Part shown: piece after piece, positions 1-7,924 of the stretch
How the letters are laid out: the number at the start of each line of letters is the position of its first letter
How positions within the stretch are numbered: the first letter of the stretch is position 1
Origin: Planctomycetota bacterium
GTDB lineage: Bacteria > Planctomycetota > JAJSAM01 > JAJVHW01
DNA length: 57,600 nt
Reading direction: 5' to 3'
NCBI GenBank assembly: GCA_022072415.1
Contig: JAJVHW010000041.1
Span: 1 to 57,600, forward strand
Notes under the pieces: model-generated
Seen by the model: only the letters and a program-made list of their open reading frames with translations
Database searches by the model: none
What the model was told of the DNA's origin: nothing
Made by a program: the position numbers and the translations under genes

Positions 1-274
1 CGGCGTCGCCGCGCTGCAGCGCGGCCGACATGGCATCGCCGAGCGTGGAAGGGCCCGGGACGTCCGCTGCCTGCGGCGCGCGCTCGGGCGACGGACGGGG
101 CGCGTCCTGAAGATCGTTCACGACGAGCCGCCCCTTGTCGGAGGCGCGGTCGGACGCGGGGTCGGAGCCGGGCCGCTCGCCGCCCTGCTCCTCCATCACG
201 CCGCGGCGGAAGCACGACCATCCCACGGCCAGGGCGACGCCCGAAGCCAGGACGATTCCGAAGGTACCCCTCAT
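1..274 (-). CDS. Partial hypothetical membrane-anchored/exported protein (runs off the left end)
   Basis: ATG at 274 preceded by GGGAGG; reads MRGTFGIVLASGVALAVGWSCFRRG..., a hydrophobic N-terminus; open to the window edge; not in the ORF track. Confidence 0.6.
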   Translation of the reverse strand, partial: MRGTFGIVLASGVALAVGWSCFRRGVMEEQGGERPGSDPASDRASDKGRLVVNDLQDAPRPSPERAPQAADVPGPSTLGDAMSAALQRGDA

Positions 275-336
275 GTCTGCGCCTCCCGCGCGCGCGTGCG
301 CCCGGAGGCGCAGCCTGTCGCGCTGTATCGGCGCAG

Positions 337-342
337 ACTATA
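337..342 (-). promoter_or_regulatory. Candidate -10 element (TATAGT) for the partial CDS
   Basis: AT-rich hexamer close to TATAAT in a very GC-rich background, about 60 nt upstream of the ATG at 274. Confidence 0.35.
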
Positions 343-399
343 CAACCCGTTGGGGCCCGAGGAAAGAGGGTGCCGGGATGGAACGCGGAGATCCGCGGA

Positions 400-438
400 T
401 TGCCGTGCCGAGTTGCCGTGCCGAGTTGCCGTGCCGAG
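400..438. repeat. Tandem repeat, 3 x 13 bp (TTGCCGTGCCGAG)
   Basis: Three perfect adjacent copies read directly from the sequence. Confidence 0.95.
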
Positions 439-476
439 AAAGCAAGCGGGCGCACGTCCCGAAGGACATGCGCCCG
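436..476 (-). terminator. Intrinsic terminator downstream of 6S RNA
   Basis: Minus strand CGGGCGCATGTCC-TTCG-GGACGTGCGCCCG hairpin (cUUCGg loop) followed by CTTGCTTTCTC. Confidence 0.7.
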
Positions 477-479
477 TGC

Positions 480-658
480 TGCACTCCGCCGCAATGCCGG
501 CCGGTCGGGTCTCTGAACCATGGTGGCTCAGGTGGGCCGGATCCGTCGGGCTCCGTCGTGCTACGCAGGCACGACCGGCAGGCCCTCCGGGGAACCAGCC
601 CTGATCACGTGTTTATCGGCTCAGGAGACAAGGGACCGATCGAACATGACAGAGGCAC
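480..658 (-). ncRNA. ssrS: 6S RNA
   Basis: Minus strand carries 6S hallmarks in the right order: ATGTTCG...CCTGAGCCGATA...CCCACCTGAGCCACCATGGTTCAGAG...CGGCAT; complementary ends; about 180 nt; lies downstream of pheT; ends approximate. Confidence 0.85.
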
Positions 659-662
659 GGAG

Positions 663-690
663 AGTCTACGGGACGCGGGCGCCGCCGCAA
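663..690 (-). promoter_or_regulatory. Sigma70-type promoter for 6S RNA
   Basis: TTGCGG-16 nt-TAGACT immediately upstream of the predicted 6S 5' end. Confidence 0.5.
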
Positions 691-739
691 GAGGCCGCGG
701 TTCGCGGCCTGTCCTCGGCGCGGCGGGTTCTCGCGCGTC

Positions 740-2749
740 TCACGCGCGGATGCGCCCGCCGGTCTCCCGTCCCAGGACGCCGAGGACCGACGCGATGCAC
801 GCATCGGCCTCCGGGCCGGTGAGGGTGCGGTCCGGCGCCCGCATCTCGATCCGGAGCGCCACGCTCTTCCGTCCGGCGCCCGTCTGCTCGCCCCGGTACT
901 CGTTCAGCCACCGCACGCCGCGCACGAGGTCTCCGCCGCCGCGGCGGACCGCACCTTCGATCCTCGCCCACGTGACGGCGTCGTCCACGATCCACGCGAG
1001 GTCGCGCTCGACGGCCGGGAACCGGGACACGGGCTCGCACGTCCGGTCGAGCCGCGCGAGATCCGCGAGGCGGTCCGCGCGGAGCTCGAACACCGCGGTC
1101 GGTCCCGCGAGTCCGTGCGCCGCGACCGCGGCGCGCCCCAGTTCGCCGAGCACGCCCACGACCTCGCCTCCGAACCGCACGGTCGCCGACCGCGCGGCGC
1201 GGAGCGGACGCGGGGCGCCGCGCTCCCACGTGAGGTCCGAGGCGAACCCGAGCGCAGACGCGACGGCCTCGACGCACGCCTTCGCGTCGCCGTAGCTGCC
1301 GGAGACGACGCCGGAGGCGAGACGCATCTCGAGGGTGCCGCCCCCCACGCCGAGGTACACGGGCGCCGCCTCGAAGAGCCTGACCGACTCGTTCCCCCGC
1401 TCCGCGTTGCGCCGCGCCGTCGCGAGGAGCGGCCCGACGAGCGAGCGGCGGAGGAGGCTCTCCTCGGAACGCATGGGGTTCTCGACGCGGAGCGCGGGCG
1501 CATCGACGAGCAGCGCGACGTCGAGCGGACCGGCGCCGACGAACGGCGCGTTCACGCATTCGCGGAGTCCGGCGCCCACGAGAGCGGCGTTCACGGCCGC
1601 GAGTCCGCGCAGGCGCGGGTCGGCGACGAGCGGGCGCGTCGGGAGCGAGCGCTCGGCGGGGATCGCATCGAACCCGATCATCCGGCCGACTTCCTCGATC
1701 AGGTCGATCTCCTCCGCGAGGTCCGGGCGCCAGGTGGGTGCGGTCCACTCGGAGACGCCGCCGCTCCCGGACTCCCGCCGCAGCCCGAGCGATGCGAGGA
1801 TCGACGCGATCCGCTCCTCGGTCACGGGCATGCCGAGCACGTGCGCGACGCGCGCCGTGCGGATCGCGATCCGAGCGGGCGCGGACGGCGCCGACGCGAG
1901 CGGTCCGGCGGAGACCACGGGGCCGACCGCCGCGGCGCCGCAGATGTCCGCGAACATGCGCGCGGCGAGGTCCGACGCGCGGACCGTGCGTGCCGGGTCC
2001 ACGAACCGCTCGAACCGGAAGCTCGACTCGGATCGGAGCTGGTGCCGACGGGACGTCGCGCGGATCGCAAGCGGTCGGAACACGGCGCTCTCGAGGAGGA
2101 TGTCCGTGGTGGCGTCGGAGACCTCGCTCTCCCGCCCCCCCATCACGCCGGCGAGCGCCGCGGGCCGCTCCGCGTCGCAGATCGCGAGATCGTCGGCCCC
2201 GACGTCGAGCCTCCTCCCGTCGATCGCGGTGAACGGCTCGCCCTTCGCGCGCCGGACGACGATCCCGGGCCCGGCGAGTTTCGAGAGGTCGAACGCGTGG
2301 AGCGGCTGTCCCGTCGAGAGCATCACCCAGTTGGTCACGTCGACGACGTTGTTGACGCTCCGCTGCCCGCAGGCCTCGAGGTGCGCGACGAGCCACGCGG
2401 GCGACGGGCCGACGCGCACGCCGCGGACGACGCGCGCCGTGTAGAGCGGGCAGAGGTCCTCCGCCTCGACGCGGACGGGCACGTGGTCGGCGCACGCGCG
2501 CACGCCGGACAGGTCGGACGGCTCCTCGCGGAGCGCCGTCCCGAAGATCGACGCGAGCTCGCGCGCGATCCCGAGGTGCGAGAGCAGGTCGGGCCGGTTG
2601 TAGGTGACCTCGACGTCGAGCACGGTGTCGGCGCCGCACGGCTCCACGGCCGCGACGACGTACCCGGCCATGGTGAGCCGGTCCGCGAGCTCGCGCGGAT
2701 CCGCGGGGAGTTCGGCGTGGCGGCGGAGCCAGGAGATGGATGCGCGCAT
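740..2749 (-). CDS. pheT: Phenylalanine--tRNA ligase beta subunit (short form)
   Basis: NRPDLLSHLGIARE, NNVVDVTN, GQPLHAFD, WRPDL..EIDLIEEV and C-terminal FPAVERDLA anticodon-binding domain; adjacent to pheS. Confidence 0.97.
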   Translation of the reverse strand: MRASISWLRRHAELPADPRELADRLTMAGYVVAAVEPCGADTVLDVEVTYNRPDLLSHLGIARELASIFGTALREEPSDLSGVRACADHVPVRVEAEDLCPLYTARVVRGVRVGPSPAWLVAHLEACGQRSVNNVVDVTNWVMLSTGQPLHAFDLSKLAGPGIVVRRAKGEPFTAIDGRRLDVGADDLAICDAERPAALAGVMGGRESEVSDATTDILLESAVFRPLAIRATSRRHQLRSESSFRFERFVDPARTVRASDLAARMFADICGAAAVGPVVSAGPLASAPSAPARIAIRTARVAHVLGMPVTEERIASILASLGLRRESGSGGVSEWTAPTWRPDLAEEIDLIEEVGRMIGFDAIPAERSLPTRPLVADPRLRGLAAVNAALVGAGLRECVNAPFVGAGPLDVALLVDAPALRVENPMRSEESLLRRSLVGPLLATARRNAERGNESVRLFEAAPVYLGVGGGTLEMRLASGVVSGSYGDAKACVEAVASALGFASDLTWERGAPRPLRAARSATVRFGGEVVGVLGELGRAAVAAHGLAGPTAVFELRADRLADLARLDRTCEPVSRFPAVERDLAWIVDDAVTWARIEGAVRRGGGDLVRGVRWLNEYRGEQTGAGRKSVALRIEMRAPDRTLTGPEADACIASVLGVLGRETGGRIRA

Positions 2750-2756
2750 GGTCCCC

Positions 2757-3830
2757 CTAGGCGAACTGCGAGAGGAAGCGGACGTCGTTCTCCTCGAGGG
2801 CGCGGATGTCCTCGAGCGCCCACCGGCGCATGGCGATCCGCTCCACGCCCATCCCGAACGCGAAGCCCGTCCACCGCTCGGGGTCGATGCCGCACATCGA
2901 GAGGACGCGCGGATGCACCATCCCGCAGCCTCCGAGTTCGATCCAGCCCTCGCCGCCGCACGTGGCGCAGCGCCCCGTGGGAGTCCCGCCGCACGCCGGG
3001 CAGCTCACGTCGAGTTCCGCGCTCACCTCGGTGAAGGGGAAGTTGTGCGGACGGAACCGCGTCGCGATCCCGGACCCGTACATGCTCTCGGCGAAGGTGC
3101 GGATGCACGCCTTCAGGTCGGCGAGCGAGATCCCCTCGTCGATCACGAGCCCCTCGACCTGGTGGAATGCGTAGAGGTGCCGCGCATCCACGGTCTCGGG
3201 GCGGTAGACGCGGCCCGGGGCGAACACGCGGAGGGGCGGCTTCCGGGTCTCCATCACGCGCACCTGCACGGTGCTCGTCTGGCTGCGGAGGAGGCGCCCG
3301 CCCTCGACGTAGAACTGGTCGGTCCGCTCGCGCGCCGGGTGCCCTGCCGGGATGTTCAGCGCGTCGAAGTTGTGCCAGGCGTCCTCGACCTCCGGGCCCG
3401 TCACCTCGTCGAAGCCCATGCGCACGAAGATCGCGCGCATCTCGTCGAGGACGATCGAGACGGGATGCCGCGAGCCGCGCGGGAGCGGCGCTCCGGGGAG
3501 CGTCGGGTCGAACGAGGGGTCGTCGGGCTCGTCGGCGCCGGCCGCTTCGAGCGCCGTCCTGCGCGCGTCGAGCGCGTCCTGGACGGCCGCGGCGATCCGG
3601 TTGACCCCGGCGCCGGCGGCCGGGCGCTCCTCCTTCGGGAGTCCGGAGAGGCCCTTCAGCAGTTCCTTCAGCGCGCCGTTCTTCCCGGCATACCGCGCGC
3701 GGACCTTCGCGAGGGCGTCCAGGTCGGCCGCGGACTCGATCTCCGCGCGCGCGGCGGCCGCGAGGGCTTCCGCGTCAGCCGCGAGCCGCGCCGCGGCGGC
3801 GCCGCCCGACTGCCCTGTACCGTTCGACAT
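2757..3830 (-). CDS. pheS: Phenylalanine--tRNA ligase alpha subunit
   Basis: NFDALNIPAGHPAR, LLRSQTS, FHQVEG, FRPHNFPFTE, GFAFGMGVER. Confidence 0.98.
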   Translation of the reverse strand: MSNGTGQSGGAAAARLAADAEALAAAARAEIESAADLDALAKVRARYAGKNGALKELLKGLSGLPKEERPAAGAGVNRIAAAVQDALDARRTALEAAGADEPDDPSFDPTLPGAPLPRGSRHPVSIVLDEMRAIFVRMGFDEVTGPEVEDAWHNFDALNIPAGHPARERTDQFYVEGGRLLRSQTSTVQVRVMETRKPPLRVFAPGRVYRPETVDARHLYAFHQVEGLVIDEGISLADLKACIRTFAESMYGSGIATRFRPHNFPFTEVSAELDVSCPACGGTPTGRCATCGGEGWIELGGCGMVHPRVLSMCGIDPERWTGFAFGMGVERIAMRRWALEDIRALEENDVRFLSQFA

Positions 3831-3923
3831 CTCACCCTCCGATCTCCGAACCCCCGCTCCGCGCGATCTGCCGCGCGGGGCCGGGGTCGGGAGCCGCGCG
3901 CTGCGCGGCGAGGGCGGTGAGCG

Positions 3924-4277
3924 CTAGCTCAGCGCGGCCTTCGCCGTCTCCACGACGCGGGTAAACGCCGCGGCGTCCCGGATCGCGAGCTCGGCGAGGA
4001 CCTTCCGGTCCAGCGCGACGCCGGCCTTCGCCAGCCCCGAGATGAAACGGGAGTACGTGATCCCGTGCGCGCGCACGGCGGCGTTCACGCGGACGATGAA
4101 CATGCCGCGGAAGTCGCGCTTGCGGAGCTTGCGCCCGTCGAACATGTAGTTCATCGAGCGCTGGACGGAGTCCTTCGCGCGGCGCAGGCGGTTGTTCGGC
4201 GTGCCGCGGAACCCGCTCGCGTGATCGAGCAGGCGGCGACGGCGCTTGTGTCGGGCGACGGACGTCTTGATGCGCAT
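3924..4277 (-). CDS. rplT: 50S ribosomal protein L20
   Basis: RKLRKRDFR, RVNAAVR, YSRFISGL, LDRKVLAELA; infC-rpmI-rplT order. Confidence 0.97.
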   Translation of the reverse strand: MRIKTSVARHKRRRRLLDHASGFRGTPNNRLRRAKDSVQRSMNYMFDGRKLRKRDFRGMFIVRVNAAVRAHGITYSRFISGLAKAGVALDRKVLAELAIRDAAAFTRVVETAKAALS

Positions 4278-4328
4278 GGTGCGGCTCCGTGGTGCTGCCG
4301 GGACGTGGGACGGGGGTCTGGTACGGGA

Positions 4329-4529
4329 TCAGCCGCCGAAGCCGAGCAGGCGGCGCAGGCGGCGCTCCTCGGTCTTGGCGACGAGCTTCGAGCGGCGTGC
4401 CTGACGCAGCCGCTTCGCGCTCTTCTTGCGCTTGAGGTGACGCATGCCGGGCGTGCCGCGCTTCAGGCGGCCGCTCTTGGTCACGCGGAGGCGCTTGGCG
4501 GCGCCGCGGTTTGTCTTGAGCTTGGGCAT
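4329..4529 (-). CDS. rpmI: 50S ribosomal protein L35
   Basis: MPKLKTNRGAAKRLRVTKSG; start reset to ATG 4529 behind GGGGAGG. Confidence 0.95.
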   Translation of the reverse strand: MPKLKTNRGAAKRLRVTKSGRLKRGTPGMRHLKRKKSAKRLRQARRSKLVAKTEERRLRRLLGFGG

Positions 4530-4596
4530 CGAAGTTCCTCCCCGGGCGGGCCCGTGCGGACCGCGCCCGGACGAGCCGGGGATCTGGAGCCGGGCG

Positions 4597-4624
4597 ATCG
4601 TAGGCACCGCCCCGTCCGGGTCAA
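4597..4624 (-). promoter_or_regulatory. Sigma70-type promoter between infC and rpmI
   Basis: TTGACC-16 nt-TACGAT on the minus strand. Confidence 0.55.
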
Positions 4625-4713
4625 CATCCGCGCGAGGGACCGTCCGGACGGGCGTCCTGACGGGCGACCTCGGGCTCCCGTCTGCCCCTTTTGCCGGGGT
4701 GTGCCATCCGAGC

Positions 4714-5235
4714 CTACTTGCGGGTCAGGAGGACCGAGGTGCGCTTTGCGTCGATGCGCCCCGAGTGCTCGACGCGGGCGATGTCCGAGAGCTCCGTGAC
4801 GAAGCGCTGGAGCGTCCGCGCGCCGAACTCCTGGTGGACGAGCTCGCGTCCTCGGTAGACGAGGACCACCTGCACCTTGTCGCCGGCCTCGAGGAACGCG
4901 CGCGCCTGCTTCACGCGGACCTGGTAGTCGTGCTCGTCGGTCTTCGGGCGGAGGCGCAGCTCCTTCAGCTTGCTGTGGTGCACCTTGCGGCCCGCGGCGT
5001 GCATCTTCTTCTTCTGCTCGTACTTGTACTTCCCGTAGTCCATGATCTTGCAGACCGGGGGCCGGGAATCCGGCGCCACCTCGACGAGGTCGAGGCCGGC
5101 CTCGGACGCCATGCGGCGCGCCTCGTCGGTGATCACGACGCCGACCTGGTTGCCCTCCGCGTCGATGAGACGGACCTCGCGGACGCGGATCCGCTCGTTC
5201 ATGCGGGGCTCCTGGGGACGATTGGCTGAGCTGAT
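4714..5235 (-). CDS. infC: Translation initiation factor IF-3 (probable ATC start)
   Basis: NERIRVREVRLID, LDLVEVAP..RPPVCKIMDYGKYKYE; GAGGAGGT SD 5 nt before an in-frame ATC at 5235. Confidence 0.95.
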   Translation of the reverse strand: MSSANRPQEPRMNERIRVREVRLIDAEGNQVGVVITDEARRMASEAGLDLVEVAPDSRPPVCKIMDYGKYKYEQKKKMHAAGRKVHHSKLKELRLRPKTDEHDYQVRVKQARAFLEAGDKVQVVLVYRGRELVHQEFGARTLQRFVTELSDIARVEHSGRIDAKRTSVLLTRK

Positions 5236-5474
5236 TCGGCACCTCCTCGATGGGGTCGCGGGTATGGAACGGCGAGTCGATTCCGGGAATGCGCCGGACA
5301 TCCGGCGGGGAACGGCACGGGACGACCGGTCAGGAAACGGGACGAGACCGCAGGCCCCTCCCGGCGGGAGAGGTCTGCGGCCTCGTTTCGGACGGCCTCG
5401 GCACGGACAGTCGGGTCGGCCCCGTCACAGGGGCAGGATGAACGTCATGCGGGATGCACCTCGAAGTGCCGGGG

Positions 5475-5480
5475 AGTCTA
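5475..5480 (-). promoter_or_regulatory. Candidate -10 (TAGACT) for the infC operon
   Basis: Same hexamer as before 6S RNA; lies just past the aspS stop. Confidence 0.4.
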
Positions 5481-5504
5481 CCGCACCGGGGCCCCGGCCG
5501 GAAG

Positions 5505-7259
5505 TCACGCGAGGCGGATCCCGAGTTCGCGGAGCTGGCGCTCCTCGACCGGCGACGGGGCGCCGGTCATCAGGTCGGTGGCGCTCGTCGTCTTCGGGAA
5601 CGCGATCACGTCGCGGATGGCCGACGTGCCGCCGAGAACCGCCACGATGCGGTCCATCCCCATGGCGAAGCCTCCGTGGGGAGGCGTCCCGTACCGGAGC
5701 GCCTCGACGAACCAGGAGAACCGCGCCTCGACCTGCTCGTCGGAGAGGCCGATCAGCGTGAACACCTTCCGCTGGAGGGCCGGGTCGTGGATGCGGATGC
5801 TCCCGCCGAGGATCTCGAGCCCGTTCATCGCGAGGTCGTACGCCTTCGCGCGGACCTTCCCCGGATCGCTGTCGAGGAGCGGGATGTCCTCCTCCACCGG
5901 CGCCGTGAACGGATGGTGCGCGCTGTCCCAGCGGTTCTCGTCGGCGTTCCAGTCGAAGAGCGGGAAGCGGTCGATCCAGACCGGCGCGAACACCTTCGGG
6001 TCGCGCAGTCCGAACAGGTTCCCGAGGTGGAGCCGCACGTCGCCGGACGCGGGGACGGCCTGCTCCTTCGGACCCGCCACGAAGAGGATCGTGCCGCCCT
6101 CCTCCGCACCGAGCGCGGAGCGGAGCGTCTCGCGGAGCTCTGGGGCGAAGTGCTTCCCGGCGGGGCCCGTCCAGTCCGGGGACGCGATCTTCGTCCAGGC
6201 CACGCCCTTCAGCCCGCGGTCCACGACCACGGCCGGGAGTGCGTCGAGGTCCTTCCGCGTCATCGCGTGCTTCGCCGGCACGGCGATCGCGCGGACTACG
6301 CCGCCCGCGGCGACGACGTCGCGGAACACCGCGAACGCCGACCGCGCGGCGATCTCCGTCACGTCGGCGATCTCGAGCCCGAACCGGAGGTCCGGCTTGT
6401 CGGAGCCGTACCGGGACATGGCGTCGGCCCACGAGACGTGCGGGAACGGGCGCGGGACGTCGGCGCCGGCGACCTCGCGGAGGAGCCGGTGGACCAGCGA
6501 CTCCGCGACGTCCTGCACGTCGCTCTCTGCGCCGAACGACATCTCCACGTCGAGCTGGGTGAACTCCGGCTGGCGGTCGCCCCGGAGGTCCTCGTCGCGG
6601 AAGCAGCGGACGATCTGCCAGTAGCGGTCCATGCCGCCGATCATGAGGAGCTGCTTCAGGAGCTGCGGGGACTGGAGCAGCGCGTAGAACTGCCCGGGGT
6701 GGACGCGGGACGGGACGACGAAGTCGCGCGCGCCCTCCGGCGTGGACTTGAGGAGGCTCGGCGTCTCGACCTCGCAGAAGCCGCGGGAGACCATGTGTTC
6801 GCGGACGGCGTGGTTCACGCGCGCGCGGCGGAGCAGCGCGTCGCGGAGCTCCGCGCGCCGGAACATGAGGTAGCGGTACTTCAGCTCGAGGTCCTCGGAG
6901 CTCCGCTCGGCGCCCGTGACGGCCACCGGGACCGGCTCGGCGGCGTTCAGCACGTCGAACGCGTCCGCGACGACCTCGACGGCGCCGGTGGCGCGGTCCT
7001 CGTTCCTCGAGCCCGCGGGGCGCGCGCGGACGGTGCCCGACACGCGCACGACCCACTCGAGACGGGCGCGCTGCGCCTCGCCGCGGGCGGCGGCGTCGGC
7101 GTCGGGCTCGACGACCACCTGCGTCACGCCGTACCGGTCCCGCACGTCGAGGAAGCAGAGCCCGCCGTGATCCCGGCGGTTCTGGATCCATCCGCAGAGC
7201 GTGACCGTCGAGCCTGCGTGCTCCGCGCGGAGCTCGCCGCAGGTGTGCGTGCGCAGCAT
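5505..7259 (-). CDS. aspS: Aspartate--tRNA ligase, probably non-discriminating (Asp/Asn)
   Basis: MLRTHTCGEL, RRDHGG, STPEGARDF, QSPQLLKQLL, RCFRDED, PPHGGFAMGMDR; His in RRDHGG and Gly in RPAG fit the ND type; start reset to 7259 with AAGGAG SD. Confidence 0.96.
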   Translation of the reverse strand: MLRTHTCGELRAEHAGSTVTLCGWIQNRRDHGGLCFLDVRDRYGVTQVVVEPDADAAARGEAQRARLEWVVRVSGTVRARPAGSRNEDRATGAVEVVADAFDVLNAAEPVPVAVTGAERSSEDLELKYRYLMFRRAELRDALLRRARVNHAVREHMVSRGFCEVETPSLLKSTPEGARDFVVPSRVHPGQFYALLQSPQLLKQLLMIGGMDRYWQIVRCFRDEDLRGDRQPEFTQLDVEMSFGAESDVQDVAESLVHRLLREVAGADVPRPFPHVSWADAMSRYGSDKPDLRFGLEIADVTEIAARSAFAVFRDVVAAGGVVRAIAVPAKHAMTRKDLDALPAVVVDRGLKGVAWTKIASPDWTGPAGKHFAPELRETLRSALGAEEGGTILFVAGPKEQAVPASGDVRLHLGNLFGLRDPKVFAPVWIDRFPLFDWNADENRWDSAHHPFTAPVEEDIPLLDSDPGKVRAKAYDLAMNGLEILGGSIRIHDPALQRKVFTLIGLSDEQVEARFSWFVEALRYGTPPHGGFAMGMDRIVAVLGGTSAIRDVIAFPKTTSATDLMTGAPSPVEERQLRELGIRLA

Positions 7260-7416
7260 GTCCTTCTCCTTGCGGGGCGCGGGCGGTCCGGACCGGCCGC
7301 CGCGGGGGCCGCGACGTGAAGCGGCGGATCGTACGGGCGCCGCGACGCGCGCCCGCAATTTCGCGGCACGCGCGGGGACCGCTACGCTTCGGAATTCCAT
7401 CCCACGGAGGCACGGA

Positions 7417-7890
7417 ATGTCCCTCGAGACCACGCTCATCATCGTCAAGCCGGACGGCGTCCAGCGCCGCATGGCGGGCCGCATCCTCGCGCGCTTCGAG
7501 GAGAAGGGCCTTCAGATCGCCGGCGCGAAGTTCATGAAGATCCCGCTGGCCACGGCGCAGAAGCACTACAAGCCCCACGAGGGGAAGCCCTTCTACGCGG
7601 GGCTGGTGCAGTACATGACGTCGTCGCCGGTGCTCGTGCTCGCGCTGCGCGGGAAGAGCGCGATCGCCGTGTGCCGGAAGATGATGGGCGCCACGTTCGG
7701 CAGCAAGGCCGAGCCGGGCACCATCCGCGGCGACTTCGCGATCAGCGACGGCTTCAACCTGATCCACGGAAGCGACTCGCCGGAGGCCGCGGCCTTCGAA
7801 CTCGGCCTCTTCTTCCAGCCGGGCGAGGTGCTCGACTGGACCCCGGCGGACCAGAGCTGGGTCTACGACACGAGCTCCGACTTCCGGTGA
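7417..7890 (+). CDS. ndk: Nucleoside diphosphate kinase
   Basis: TLIIVKPDGVQR, PGTIRGDF, NLIHGSDS; GGAGG SD before ATG 7417. Confidence 0.97.
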   Translation: MSLETTLIIVKPDGVQRRMAGRILARFEEKGLQIAGAKFMKIPLATAQKHYKPHEGKPFYAGLVQYMTSSPVLVLALRGKSAIAVCRKMMGATFGSKAEPGTIRGDFAISDGFNLIHGSDSPEAAAFELGLFFQPGEVLDWTPADQSWVYDTSSDFR

Positions 7891-7924
7891 CGGCCGGGTG
7901 ACGCCCGTCCGCTCCGATCCGGGC

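Noticed and set aside
135-1295. 386-aa + strand ORF and nested short ORFs
   Set aside because: Arg/Pro/Ser-rich non-protein composition; overlaps 6S RNA, a tandem repeat and antisense pheT
5236-5301. ATG start at 5301 for infC given by the ORF track
   Set aside because: No SD and no IF-3-like sequence; the SD points to ATC at 5235
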